In this document: in pieces, positions 35,813 through 45,916 of the stretch
How the letters are laid out: each line of letters starts with the position of its first letter
Numbering within the stretch: position 1 is the first letter of the stretch
IMG/VR virus record: IMGVR_UViG_3300035698_027665
Location: 1 to 64,000 of that record
Strand: one strand, 5' to 3'
Source of the DNA: a virus
DNA length: 64,000 nt
Position numbers and translations under genes: made by a program
The notes under the pieces: model-generated
What the model was told of the DNA's origin: nothing
The model's input: the letters and a program-made list of their open reading frames with translations, nothing else
Databases searched by the model: none

Positions 35813-36081
35813 TACTACTTATTATTTCAAATTTATTATTGCCTTTTGCAGTGGTTTTGTATTTCGTTTATTATTCAAAAAAAGCAAAACAGAAAGATAA
35901 ATCTATTTTGCTTTTGCTTGAATCTGTATTAAAAAAAATAGACTCTAACAAGAATGAGTTATATGAAATTTCTGACACTGTATATGAAATATTAGAATTG
36001 TTAGAAGATGATGGAGATGATGGGGATGATGACGGAGAACCTATTATTCTCATTGAATCATCATTGAAATTAACAGGTTAA
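35806..36081 (+). CDS. small membrane-anchored protein with an acidic tail
   Basis: N-terminal TM segment; DDGDDGDD. Confidence 0.5.
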   Translation: MLILLIISNLLLPFAVVLYFVYYSKKAKQKDKSILLLLESVLKKIDSNKNELYEISDTVYEILELLEDDGDDGDDDGEPIILIESSLKLTG

Positions 36082-36632
36082 ATCTCGAACCAATGTGGCA
36101 ATTGAGGTTTTATCAATTCTAAAAATTCTTTAGAAGAATCAATTCCTAATTTCAATCTGAATCTTCCTCTTTCTTTAATTATCTCTGAATCAAAATAAGC
36201 ATAATTAAAATATTTTTTAATATTTTCAGTACCTTCTTCTCCCCAAATATTTGTATTTAAAATAATATTTTTGTTTTTTAATTTTCCACAGTCTCCGTAC
36301 CAAACAGCAAACCCCACGTCTTTTAAAGAGCTAATATATTCTATATCAATTACTCTTTTTCCATTGGAATAAAAGTTTTTTCTATATTCATTAAATATAG
36401 GATAGCATAAAGAGTGCCATCTGTTTGTTTTTTCGATAGTAAAAGGCTTGTCAGAAGATAAGTTGCTTAATTCAAAAGACTTGTGTTCAAGCCACTTGCC
36501 TTTTATACATCTCATAGATAAATAAGCTGTTTTGCTTTTTTCAGACTTTATTAAAGATGAACCTCCTAATATAGTCCCTAAAATATATTGTTTTTGAAGA
36601 TCAGATATTTCTGGATTTTTATTGTGTGCCAT
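36078..36632 (-). CDS. LAGLIDADG (type 2) endonuclease-like protein with degenerate active sites
   Basis: ILGTILGGSSL and AVWYGDCG motifs; LNTN; fold-typical length. Confidence 0.7.
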   Translation of the reverse strand: MAHNKNPEISDLQKQYILGTILGGSSLIKSEKSKTAYLSMRCIKGKWLEHKSFELSNLSSDKPFTIEKTNRWHSLCYPIFNEYRKNFYSNGKRVIDIEYISSLKDVGFAVWYGDCGKLKNKNIILNTNIWGEEGTENIKKYFNYAYFDSEIIKERGRFRLKLGIDSSKEFLELIKPQLPHWFEI

Positions 36633-36634
36633 TC

Positions 36635-36681
36635 AATTATTTATGCAATTGGATAAATTTTATCCAATTGCATAAATAATT
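36635..36681. repeat. perfect 47-bp palindrome (23-bp arms, 1-bp centre)
   Basis: AATTATTTATGCAATTGGATAAA-T-TTTATCCAATTGCATAAATAATT. Confidence 0.95.
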
Positions 36682-36739
36682 TGTTTCTAAATGTTTAGAT
36701 ATAATTGAGATCAAAACAAATTATTTAAGGAGGCATTTT

Positions 36740-37069
36740 ATGTCAGCAACAAGCGTAACAGGAAAAGGGGCAGGAGCAGCGGGGAATCTTAAAGGTCCGG
36801 GAAACGGTCGTAATCATTTCGTACCATCAGTAACTCCACATGTTGTAGCAGCCGATGAAATTGCTTTAGTAGCCGGTGCAGCTACTGTAGAAGTGCCGGG
36901 TTTATCTGGCGTGAACTATACGGTTCAAGCTCAAGATATTACTACTCCATCTAACACAGTAGCAGTTACTAAAACTAACGTATCAAGTACACTTTCTAGA
37001 TTGACTTTTGCAGGAACCGGCACTGACGTTGTTTCATACATCGTTGTGAAAATGGGCCAAGCTGGTTAA
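36740..37069 (+). CDS. putative virion structural/decoration protein
   Basis: A/G/T/V-rich beta-type composition; strong AAGGAGG SD; terminator-like hairpin downstream. Confidence 0.55.
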   Translation: MSATSVTGKGAGAAGNLKGPGNGRNHFVPSVTPHVVAADEIALVAGAATVEVPGLSGVNYTVQAQDITTPSNTVAVTKTNVSSTLSRLTFAGTGTDVVSYIVVKMGQAG

Positions 37070-37134
37070 TATTGTTAGACGATTCATCTTTCTAAACAAC
37101 GTTCTTTGGTTGAAAAATCAAAGAACGTTTTTTA

Positions 37135-37749
37135 TTATCCATTATAAGCTGGTTGTCCCATAAAGGTTTTGTTTTTGTTTCCACCGGGAGAATAAGCTGG
37201 TTGTCCCATAAAGGTGTGATTCTGATTACCTTGTTGATTCTGTTGATTCTGATTACCTTGTTGATTCTGTTGATTTTGATTACCTTGTTGATTCTGTTGA
37301 TTTTGATTACCTTGTTGATTCTGGCTTACTTGCTTGCCATATTCAATAACACTTTTCAATATGTCATCAAACACGTTTTTTAATTCTGGATCAATACTTT
37401 GAGACAATTGGCTCAATCTAGATAGAAGCTTTCCCATTTCTTCTATTTTTGCTTCTTTAGAAGGAGCGGGATTTACATTGCCATGATAATTTTTCGCAAC
37501 ATCGCCAGCAAAGTTTCGAACCCCTGCTGCTGCCTGTCCTATAGAATTCGCCAGATTTTCATTTAGCGAATTGTTGAAATTTAATATTTTAATTTTATCT
37601 TCGTTTTTTTCTGCATAAGCGATAAGATGATCAATATAATGCTCTGCCACTACTTGCGTAGAAATGTCGTTTCCCACATAGTAGGATGCGGCTTTTGTTG
37701 TTGTATTAACTTCTTTTTCTTTATTGTAAAAATCTTTAAATGTTTTCAT
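37135..37749 (-). CDS. hypothetical protein with a capsid-targeting-like N-terminus and Q/N repeats
   Basis: Starts MKTFKDFYNKE; (QQGNQNQQN)n; TFMGQPAY twice. Confidence 0.7.
   Translation of the reverse strand: MKTFKDFYNKEKEVNTTTKAASYYVGNDISTQVVAEHYIDHLIAYAEKNEDKIKILNFNNSLNENLANSIGQAAAGVRNFAGDVAKNYHGNVNPAPSKEAKIEEMGKLLSRLSQLSQSIDPELKNVFDDILKSVIEYGKQVSQNQQGNQNQQNQQGNQNQQNQQGNQNQQNQQGNQNHTFMGQPAYSPGGNKNKTFMGQPAYNG
37217..37323 (-). repeat. 27-bp coding tandem repeat (about 4 copies)
   Basis: tgattaccttgttgattctgttgattY units with no spacers. Confidence 0.85.
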
Positions 37750-37752
37750 AGT

Positions 37753-38553
37753 TCACTCCCAATAGCTTTCTTTTAGATGTAATTCGTGTTCGTATATGGA
37801 ATAATCTAATTTTAAAAATTTAGTCCATAACTCTAAAACAATACCTTCATTTTTATATATGAAATCAAGTTTAATATCTTTTTTATTTAATAATCCTGAC
37901 ATTGGCGTAAAATAAGATATCCCATTAAAAGACGCCATAGAATTGTAGTCAAACAAAATAGAACTAATTACGCCTACTAATTCGTAATCAGTATTGTAAA
38001 CTCCCCCTCCTGAATCTCCCTTGACCACGTACATAGAAGTTCTGTATCTTTTATTATTTATGGATGTATCTGTTATTTTTCCGGGTATAAACCTTGGCGT
38101 GTCTTTATAGCCCACTCCATAAACATCATTCCCAATGTAAAGTTTGGGTGAAAAATTAATTTTAGCTGTGGGTAAAGGGAATGGTGTAAGAAAGACAATT
38201 ACAGCCAAATCTAAACTTGGATATCTAGCATATGTTATGTATGGGAAAGAGTGATTTGAGCGTTTTGCAAAAACGAACTTTTCATAATATGCTATTTCCA
38301 AAAAAGACTTAGTGTTGAGGGCAACAACATGGTCGCAAGTTATCGCTGTGTTTAGATAAACATTGCGACTTGTCCTTATACTTTTTACGACAACCCCACT
38401 CCCACTTCCAGTTATCCGTTTATCAGTTCCAACTAATATATGCACTGATGGAGACAAGGATTGTTGATAAAGAACAATGTCTGCTTTTTGAGCATGCAAT
38501 TTATTATTTGCGGCAAATAAAAACAGAAACAATACTATAATAATCTTGTACAT
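37753..38553 (-). CDS. trypsin-like serine protease
   Basis: Signal peptide, GSGSGV, TCDH, DLA, GDSGGG. Confidence 0.85.
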   Translation of the reverse strand: MYKIIIVLFLFLFAANNKLHAQKADIVLYQQSLSPSVHILVGTDKRITGSGSGVVVKSIRTSRNVYLNTAITCDHVVALNTKSFLEIAYYEKFVFAKRSNHSFPYITYARYPSLDLAVIVFLTPFPLPTAKINFSPKLYIGNDVYGVGYKDTPRFIPGKITDTSINNKRYRTSMYVVKGDSGGGVYNTDYELVGVISSILFDYNSMASFNGISYFTPMSGLLNKKDIKLDFIYKNEGIVLELWTKFLKLDYSIYEHELHLKESYWE

Positions 38554-38582
38554 AATTTTATATATTATTTAGGAGTAATAAC

Positions 38583-38831
38583 ATGAGTGGAGAAAATTGT
38601 TGCAAAAAAAACCCTGATCTTAAAAACGAATTGAATTCTTGCGAAAACGATTGCAAAAGCACAGGTTTTTTATGGGATTTGTTTGGCGAAAAAGAAAAGA
38701 CATTTACCTTAAAAGAAGTAAATGTTTTAGTTGAAAAAATAAAGAAGTTTAACGCAGGGGCCATTGATGAATACTTGGACAACCACGTAAACGAAGCTAT
38801 TAAAGAATGGGTTGACACTTACAGTGAGTGA
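38583..38831 (+). CDS. hypothetical protein
   Basis: AGGAG SD; 82 aa. Confidence 0.55.
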   Translation: MSGENCCKKNPDLKNELNSCENDCKSTGFLWDLFGEKEKTFTLKEVNVLVEKIKKFNAGAIDEYLDNHVNEAIKEWVDTYSE

Positions 38832-38977
38832 AGATAGTTATTGGGATTTAGATGAAGTGACAAAAGCCATATGTGTCACTTGCCATGAAAAAACACCAAA
38901 AGGGTATTTATGGAAAGGCACAGAGTATGGATATGGCGAACACAAAATAGAATGTTCTATTTGCGGGAAAGTTATTA

Positions 38978-39784
38978 ATGAAGAAACTAAGACCAGTAGT
39001 TAAAATACACGGTGGAAAATATTATTTATCAAAATGGATTATTGATGCTTTCCCTCAAGAATATGAAAAACTAAGTTATATAGAACCATATTGCGGCGGT
39101 GCAAGTGTTTTTATGAACAAAGTCCCGTCTAATAATATAGAAATAATTAACGATATATCTGCATCATTGATGCAAATATATCGTGCATTAAGAGACGAAC
39201 CAGAATTATTCATACAAAAAGTTAAAAGAACCACATATTCAGAACGTGTATTTATTCGTGAGAAAAACAAACAAGGGAACGTGTTTGATGATTATCTCAA
39301 AGAAGCTTTAAATGAGTATGTCGTAAGAAGAATGAGCAGAGGTGGATTGAAAGAAGCTTTTGCTTGGTCTGATAGAGAAAGAGGCGGCAAGCCCGGAGAT
39401 TTAAATGCGTGGATTACGATGGCTGACCATCTATCTCTTTTAGGGGATAGAATTAAAAAATGCTATTTGCTAAACAAACCAGCTTTAGAAATTATAGAAG
39501 TTTTTGATTCGAAAAATAGTTTGATTTACGTTGACCCTCCATATGATCCAGAAGCTAGAGTTTCTAAAAACGTATATGAAAATGAAATGACTACAGAAGA
39601 TCATCTAAAGTTAATAGAACTCATAAAAACATGTAAGTCTAAAGTAGTTATTAGTGGATATCCATCAGCTATTTATAGAAGCCACTTGAAAGAATGGAAC
39701 TGTATTCAGAAAAAGATAGCTAATCATTCATCTCAGAAAAAAACAAAACCAATTAAAACTGAATGTCTTTGGGTTAATTATTAA
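38978..39784 (+). CDS. Dam-like (D12 class) DNA adenine methyltransferase
   Basis: HGGK, YIEPYCGGASV, IND, YVDPPY, ECLWVNY. Confidence 0.9.
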   Translation: MKKLRPVVKIHGGKYYLSKWIIDAFPQEYEKLSYIEPYCGGASVFMNKVPSNNIEIINDISASLMQIYRALRDEPELFIQKVKRTTYSERVFIREKNKQGNVFDDYLKEALNEYVVRRMSRGGLKEAFAWSDRERGGKPGDLNAWITMADHLSLLGDRIKKCYLLNKPALEIIEVFDSKNSLIYVDPPYDPEARVSKNVYENEMTTEDHLKLIELIKTCKSKVVISGYPSAIYRSHLKEWNCIQKKIANHSSQKKTKPIKTECLWVNY

Positions 39785-39835
39785 CTCAAAGACATTTTTA
39801 TTTTAAAACAATATAATTACTTCATAGATAAATGC

Positions 39836-40027
39836 GTGAGGCTGTTATTTAAACAATGGTTGGAAAACGCAGGTGTTGTTTACTCTAATGTAAACAACAG
39901 AAACTATACCAGCAGGTGTGTTGGCAGCAATATAGTCGCAGTTGACAAAGAAAACTGCGACTCTCTTGTAAATGTTGAGAAAATATTTGGTAAAAGAAAA
40001 AAAAGACACAAAAAGGAGAAGCCATGA
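39836..40027 (+). CDS. small protein with a capsid-targeting-like N-terminus
   Basis: Starts MRLLFKQWLEN. Confidence 0.5.
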   Translation: MRLLFKQWLENAGVVYSNVNNRNYTSRCVGSNIVAVDKENCDSLVNVEKIFGKRKKRHKKEKP

Positions 40028-40320
40028 ACCCTAGTCCAGCAATTACTTTCGAAGTCGATTTGACACTTGTAAAGAGTGAAAATATAGGACCAGTAACATC
40101 CCAAAAGTCAATAGGAATTAAAAGTGCAAATCAAGCGGATAACGCAACAGCACCAAATAGAGTTTCTACGTGGCTTCCATCTTCATTAGGTTCATCTAAC
40201 GTTAATCTTAAACACGGTGAAACATTCACACTTTATGGATTAGAAGCTATTAAGTTTAGAAATTTGTACGCCGAAGGCTATGCACCAGAAGAAAGAACTT
40301 GGGTGACAGTTTCATCATGA
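40024..40320 (+). CDS. hypothetical protein (possibly structural)
   Basis: AAGGAG SD; ATGA-coupled operon. Confidence 0.6.
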   Translation: MNPSPAITFEVDLTLVKSENIGPVTSQKSIGIKSANQADNATAPNRVSTWLPSSLGSSNVNLKHGETFTLYGLEAIKFRNLYAEGYAPEERTWVTVSS

Positions 40321-40745
40321 TTTCTTTTCACAAACTATTAGAAAAAATGATGGAATCGGATCAATATGATGACGATTCTCAAGATTCCAACGCATTGCTT
40401 AAAAGTGGCGTTGAATCTAAAGCTATGGACATGATACGTTCAGGTAAAGATTTAGAAGGTTCTTTTTGGCAAAATTTTATTAATATGTGTTCTAATTCTG
40501 AATCCATGTCTGATTTGCTAGACGTTCCTAAACACAAAATTGCGGAATGGCCTTCTAAAATACAAGAGTTATTAGACGAAGTTGAAAATTTGGATTCAGA
40601 AGATGTAAAAGAAAAGAAAAAAGTGGTTTCTACTGGTGATAACACTTCGTTAGCTGATCCAAGCGGACCAGACGGTAGCCAACTAGACCAATCAGCCCCG
40701 AATAATGTAACAGGAGAAAAAAATGAGTTTAAGTTCAATACATGA
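40317..40745 (+). CDS. acidic hypothetical protein
   Basis: Starts MISFHKLLE; ATGA overlap with the upstream gene. Confidence 0.6.
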   Translation: MISFHKLLEKMMESDQYDDDSQDSNALLKSGVESKAMDMIRSGKDLEGSFWQNFINMCSNSESMSDLLDVPKHKIAEWPSKIQELLDEVENLDSEDVKEKKKVVSTGDNTSLADPSGPDGSQLDQSAPNNVTGEKNEFKFNT

Positions 40746-41049
40746 TTTCAAAAAATCAAAACATGTTCTAAATGAAGAAGATGGAATAGACATGAGTCGT
40801 TTAGCAGGTGCAAACAGTCTTTTAGGCACTGGAAGCGAACAAGTCGACACAAGTTTGTATAATAGATTAAATAGCGCAATAGGAAATTATTTGGAACAAA
40901 AATATCCTAATAAACAAGACGCTATAAAAGCTGTAATTGTTGCCACATTGAAAATTTTAAATACAGATTTGAATTCGATGATGTCTTCAACAGATTTGCA
41001 AAGAAGTTTGCCACAGCAAACAGACGACACACCTGACTCGGAAGTATAA
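40723..41049 (+). CDS. hypothetical protein
   Basis: AGGAG SD; 108 aa. Confidence 0.6.
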   Translation: MSLSSIHDFKKSKHVLNEEDGIDMSRLAGANSLLGTGSEQVDTSLYNRLNSAIGNYLEQKYPNKQDAIKAVIVATLKILNTDLNSMMSSTDLQRSLPQQTDDTPDSEV

Positions 41050-41051
41050 TT

Positions 41052-41333
41052 ATGAATTTTAATGATTGGGTGAAATTACACGAAAACGAGCCTTCTACTC
41101 CCGTAACTGACGGGAACGAACAGGCTGCACGTCCTACTGGTGTCCCTTTAGATGAAATGCAGATTAAAAACATTCTAAAAATGAGACTAGAAGCTTTATT
41201 TAAAGAACTAGAGAACCAAAATTTTTCTCGTGACAAGTCTTTAGAATTGCTAACTATAATATTGAAAGAATTTAGTCAAGAATTTAATTTAACTTCGGTC
41301 CAACAAAAGCAGGCAGTTGACAATATTCAATGA
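41052..41333 (+). CDS. hypothetical protein with a capsid-targeting-like N-terminus
   Basis: Starts MNFNDWVKLHE. Confidence 0.6.
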   Translation: MNFNDWVKLHENEPSTPVTDGNEQAARPTGVPLDEMQIKNILKMRLEALFKELENQNFSRDKSLELLTIILKEFSQEFNLTSVQQKQAVDNIQ

Positions 41334-43300
41334 AAAGCAATATCACAAGAAATCAAAGGCCATCCTTAGATGATAAAATAAAAAAAGCTTTGGCTAAAAA
41401 ACCAACTGCTGATTATATCAATTCTAATGGGCTTACATCACTTCAGGTAAATAAAATGTTTGGCAACACAAAGGTTCCAAAGGCCACATTGATGAAAATC
41501 AATGGAAAAAAAGGAGGGTTGAAAAGACGCCTCACTGTAGAAAGAACCCCTAAAGTTTTAAGAAAAAGCAATAAGGGGCATTTGCCTGACCATAGTTCTA
41601 AAAAGTTAAAATTACCATTGTGGTTTGAATCTCAAGATAATATTGATGTTTCTATTATTGTGCCTTGTTTTCGCAGTAAAAAAGTCATAGAAAAACAAAT
41701 ACAATCTTGGGATGTAATTAACGATAATTATAACGTGGAAATAATTTACGTTAATGATGCGTGTCCAAACGATTCTTATCAAGAAGTAATTGCTTCTTGG
41801 CGAAAAAGAAAAGATGAAATTAAAAATAATGTTGGACAAATAATATTGAATGATGCAAATTATGGATATTCCATATCTTGCAACATAGGGGCTTCTCAAG
41901 CAAAAGGCAAATATCTTATATTTTTAAATGCTGATTGTGAAGTTAAACCCAATTGGATACGTCCTATGATAGAGTTATTGGACTCTGATGATGAAATAGG
42001 AATTGTGGGGAATTTACAAACAAAGAACGGAGAAATAGATTCTGCAGGATCGGAATGGTCTTGGAGGTCTAGTTCATTCGAACATATAGGTCGTAATGTT
42101 TATAATGGCGTTCCTATTGGACAAAGAATGAAAACAACCTCTTTGCCAGCGGATTTAAAAAATCCAATAGAAAGACAAATGGTGACAGGCTGCTGTTTTG
42201 CAATCAAAAGAGATTTATTCGTAGAACTAGAAGGCTTTGACACAAATTTCAGAATAGGATATTGGGAAGACTCTGATTTAAATATGAGAATAAGAGCAAA
42301 AGGGTTGAAGGTATATTTTCAACCCAAATCAGAAATAATACACATCGGTGGACATTCAGGAGGGGGCGGACATCCCTACATGGCAGACAACAAAAAACTG
42401 TTTCTGTCAAGATGGATAGATAATGGCAATTTTAATCCAAGAGCTAATACTGTTGTTGCTCCAACTATAAAATCAAATATTTTTGGCAAAGTCGTTGGTT
42501 GTGTAATAGCCTGTAATGAAGAAGAATTTTTACAGGTTTCTGTTGAAAGCGTAACAAAAATAGTTGATGAATGGGTATTTGTAATTGGTGGCAATCAGCA
42601 TGCCTACAAAAGTGGAATGTGTGACGAAAAAGGATATCCCAACGATGAAACATTAGAGATAGCAAAAGAGTTGGCTGCAAAATATAACGGTACAGTTATT
42701 GAACCTCCTGATAGATTGTGGAAAGACAAGGTGGAAATGAGAAACGCCTATGTCCCATATTTAGACGATGGAGATTGGCTGTTTGTTCTAGATGGCGATG
42801 AAGTATACAAAGATGAACAATTGTGGCGAATATCAGAACTCATGCATACACATGAAGCATTTATAATGCAATTTTGGCTATTTTGGAACAATATGTCTAC
42901 TCTAGGAACAGGCGCTTGGGATTCTTATCCTCAAGAAAGAATAATTCGCTGGCGGAAAGGGTATGGATATACAGGGAAGAATCATCTTTTTGTGTCTGAT
43001 TCTTCCGGCGCTGTCGCACACAATAAAGTTCCATGCTACAGAGGGCAAGACAAATTATTTTATCATTATTCTTGGATTAGACCGATAGAAAAAATAAGAC
43101 AAAAAAGAGAATATTATAAACATCAGTCTGGTAATCATAATGATACTTATGTTGATGAAGTGTTTCTCAAATGGCGTGAGAAACCAAAAGAAGTGGATGG
43201 CAAAACGCATCCTATGGGCGGTGGGAGTTATATAGATTTTATAGGAATGCACCCTAGAGGGGTCCAGAAACTTATAGAAGAAGGTAAGTTTGACTTCTAA
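41330..43300 (+). CDS. two-domain family 2 glycosyltransferase
   Basis: SIIVP, VND, FLNAD, YWEDSD; second GT-A domain IACNEE...VLDGDE. Confidence 0.88.
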   Translation: MKSNITRNQRPSLDDKIKKALAKKPTADYINSNGLTSLQVNKMFGNTKVPKATLMKINGKKGGLKRRLTVERTPKVLRKSNKGHLPDHSSKKLKLPLWFESQDNIDVSIIVPCFRSKKVIEKQIQSWDVINDNYNVEIIYVNDACPNDSYQEVIASWRKRKDEIKNNVGQIILNDANYGYSISCNIGASQAKGKYLIFLNADCEVKPNWIRPMIELLDSDDEIGIVGNLQTKNGEIDSAGSEWSWRSSSFEHIGRNVYNGVPIGQRMKTTSLPADLKNPIERQMVTGCCFAIKRDLFVELEGFDTNFRIGYWEDSDLNMRIRAKGLKVYFQPKSEIIHIGGHSGGGGHPYMADNKKLFLSRWIDNGNFNPRANTVVAPTIKSNIFGKVVGCVIACNEEEFLQVSVESVTKIVDEWVFVIGGNQHAYKSGMCDEKGYPNDETLEIAKELAAKYNGTVIEPPDRLWKDKVEMRNAYVPYLDDGDWLFVLDGDEVYKDEQLWRISELMHTHEAFIMQFWLFWNNMSTLGTGAWDSYPQERIIRWRKGYGYTGKNHLFVSDSSGAVAHNKVPCYRGQDKLFYHYSWIRPIEKIRQKREYYKHQSGNHNDTYVDEVFLKWREKPKEVDGKTHPMGGGSYIDFIGMHPRGVQKLIEEGKFDF

Positions 43301-43871
43301 ATACAATAAAAGCTTTTTAATAACTGGAAGTGGGAGATCAGGCACGAAATTCTTGTCTAGTTTGATGAACAAGTCAGAAAAATGGACTGTTCTACATGAA
43401 CCCAAACCAAAAAAAACAGATTACGAAAAAGCTTTTGTTGAAACAATTCAAAACAGATTTAATAAAGACTATTACGGTGAAGTAAACTCCTATTGTAGAA
43501 AATATCTTTTTGACTTAAAAATAAAGAATAAAGCTGTTATTGTTAGAAATCCATATGATATATGGGTTTCTATTGTTAATAGACGAAATAAAAATAAATT
43601 TTGGGAAAAAAGTTTGGAAGAATCTTTAAAAATAATCGACAAAGCGATAGATGATAAAAATATTTTTCCTATTAGTTTTAAAAAAATGACAACTAACGTC
43701 TATTATTGTCAAAACATTTTGTATGAATTTGACATACACGATGTTACAATTAAAGAAAAAGATTTGAAGCAAAAAATAGGCGAAACTAAAGAATTTAATT
43801 TCAAACGTTCCAATTGTCAAGAGAATAGATATTTTGAATATTTTTGCAACAAATATAAAAGTTTAATTTAG
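43290..43871 (+). CDS. sulfotransferase-like P-loop protein
   Basis: ITGSGRSGT, HEP, IVRNP. Confidence 0.7.
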   Translation: MTSKYNKSFLITGSGRSGTKFLSSLMNKSEKWTVLHEPKPKKTDYEKAFVETIQNRFNKDYYGEVNSYCRKYLFDLKIKNKAVIVRNPYDIWVSIVNRRNKNKFWEKSLEESLKIIDKAIDDKNIFPISFKKMTTNVYYCQNILYEFDIHDVTIKEKDLKQKIGETKEFNFKRSNCQENRYFEYFCNKYKSLI

Positions 43872-43909
43872 TTGAAAAAATCATACTAGTTTATTTTAAA
43901 ATTGGAGTT

Positions 43910-44545
43910 TTGACAATGGATAAAAAAATACAAAGAGAAGAAGTAGTTAAAGAAATCAATAGCTGGACAAAAGCTATGAACTATCAATCAATCCCTTTTA
44001 GAAACTATGAAGGAATAAGACCTCATCGGGAAGACCACAAACATGTTTTTAATTCTTGTGTTAATGCTATTAAAAAAGAAAATTATGACATTAAAGGTAA
44101 AAGCGTTTTAGACGTGGGTTCAAATATAGGTTATTTCGCCTTTTCCTTTAGAAAAGAAGGTGCTGGAGATTTGTTTTTATTGGAAAAAATAGGCAAAATC
44201 GCTGAAACAGCGAGAAAGATTGCCGAAATAGAAGAATTGGAAAATGTTGAAGTATCAAAATCCACAATAAACAATTTAGAACAAGCAGAAAAAATAAAAA
44301 AATGCGATATCGTTGTTTATAAAAGCGTTCACCATTGGGTTAGAAAATTTTCTGACAATGAAATGGCAAAAAAAATATTTGGAGAACTAACAAAACAAGC
44401 TTCTATAGTTTTGTACGAGCCGGGCAATTTTGGCAACGCCAAAGTAAGTGAAGAAGATGATAACTTGCCTGAGATTTTTGGCTTCAAAACAGTTACTATA
44501 TCAAAAAAGTTTAGAGGAAGAAAAGTTAAAGTCTGTTTTAAATGA
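43910..44545 (+). CDS. class I SAM-dependent methyltransferase
   Basis: VLDVGSNIGYF, SVHHW. Confidence 0.85.
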   Translation: MTMDKKIQREEVVKEINSWTKAMNYQSIPFRNYEGIRPHREDHKHVFNSCVNAIKKENYDIKGKSVLDVGSNIGYFAFSFRKEGAGDLFLLEKIGKIAETARKIAEIEELENVEVSKSTINNLEQAEKIKKCDIVVYKSVHHWVRKFSDNEMAKKIFGELTKQASIVLYEPGNFGNAKVSEEDDNLPEIFGFKTVTISKKFRGRKVKVCFK

Positions 44546-45162
44546 TTTTAGAAGCTAATAAAAAATATAATATGTTTGATAAAGAATTAACTTTTGAATC
44601 CTTTTTTCATAGAGTGGGTTGCAAAAAGGATTCTATAGGCAAAATGGTTTCAGTTAGGTTTTTAGACTTAGACAAAAAACACCCTCCAAGAAAAGATTTG
44701 CATCAGCATTTGTATGCTGCGGCTTTAGATGAAAATAGAAGCAAATGGTTTGTCAAATTCTTAACAGAAGGGCATTATAGAAAATCAAAAAATGTTTATG
44801 ATAGCTTAAAATCTTTCGACAAAGACAATGTTGTTTTAGAAACATTCTACGACAGCGTGAATAACGCTCTTTGTCAACCAAAATTGCCTAAGACATTGCA
44901 TGAAGGTATAAAGAATATAACCCTTCAACAAGCTTCTGAAAATGCTGATATAATTGTTTCTTTTATAGAAAGAATTTATAAAAGCGAAGACGAAGATGCT
45001 AAAAAAAATATTTCTCATTTTGACATGTCATATGGGAATTTCATGTTCGATTCTAAAAAGAGAATTGCTATTATAGATTTTGGGTTGTGGCCTAGAGACA
45101 CAACTATACAACACTGGTATGAACTAGCAGAAAAAATTAGAGGTATGGCAAATGATTTATAG
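44542..45162 (+). CDS. kinase-like (APH/protein-kinase fold) protein
   Basis: FVK, HFDMSYGN, IIDFG. Confidence 0.65.
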   Translation: MILEANKKYNMFDKELTFESFFHRVGCKKDSIGKMVSVRFLDLDKKHPPRKDLHQHLYAAALDENRSKWFVKFLTEGHYRKSKNVYDSLKSFDKDNVVLETFYDSVNNALCQPKLPKTLHEGIKNITLQQASENADIIVSFIERIYKSEDEDAKKNISHFDMSYGNFMFDSKKRIAIIDFGLWPRDTTIQHWYELAEKIRGMANDL

Positions 45163-45913
45163 TTGTTCTATGTTTTTTAACGAATTTGATCTTCTGGACC
45201 TTAAAATAGCAGAAGAAATAAATATAGTAGATAAAATAATTTTAGTAGAATCTACTAAAACACATTCAAATCAAAATAAAAATTTGTTACTAAAAAACAA
45301 TCCAAAATATGTTCACCCCAAAATAGAAATTGTAGTCGTAGGAGAAGACTTTTCTAATTCTAAATTTGATAACGAAGCATCTCAAAGAAACGCCTCAATA
45401 AAAGCCATGCAACAGTTGAAAGATGACGATGTTATTATTTCTTGCGATTTAGATGAAATATTATGTGAAGAAGATATTTCTAAAGTTGTAGAAAAAACTA
45501 AAGAAAAAAAATATATAAAAATCGGAATGAAATCTCATTTTTATAAAATAAATCTTTTGTTTGGAACGTGGAAAAGCCCCATTGCAGTAACTGGAAAAGT
45601 TTTAAAAGAAAATAAAATGGATTTAACAAAATTGAGACATGATAGAGCAGGCGTATTAGTAAATACAAACGGTCATCATTTTAGTTATCTAGGCACACCC
45701 GAAAATATTAAACTCAAACTTGACAGTTTTAAACATAGCGATGTTTCTTCTAAAGTTAAAAAAATAGATTGGATAAAAGAAAGAATAGCCAACAAAGAAG
45801 ACATATTAAAAAGAAAAGGTAGAGTAGGAACAATTGTCCCTATTGATCACACTTACCCAAAAACTATTTTAAACAATCTAGAACAATGGGAAAAACACAT
45901 AGAAAAAGAATGA
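45152..45913 (+). CDS. family 17-like glycosyltransferase
   Basis: FFNEFDLL, VESTKTHS, QRN, CDLDEI, GHHFSY. Confidence 0.85.
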   Translation: MIYSCSMFFNEFDLLDLKIAEEINIVDKIILVESTKTHSNQNKNLLLKNNPKYVHPKIEIVVVGEDFSNSKFDNEASQRNASIKAMQQLKDDDVIISCDLDEILCEEDISKVVEKTKEKKYIKIGMKSHFYKINLLFGTWKSPIAVTGKVLKENKMDLTKLRHDRAGVLVNTNGHHFSYLGTPENIKLKLDSFKHSDVSSKVKKIDWIKERIANKEDILKRKGRVGTIVPIDHTYPKTILNNLEQWEKHIEKE

Positions 45914-45916
45914 AAT

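Noticed and set aside
37144-37323. Possible CRISPR array
   Set aside because: The units are head-to-tail, in-frame coding repeats without unique spacers, and no cas genes are in the window.
1919-39784. Complete restriction-modification systems around the two DNA methyltransferases
   Set aside because: No adjacent restriction endonuclease gene is recognisable; they look like orphan protective methylases.
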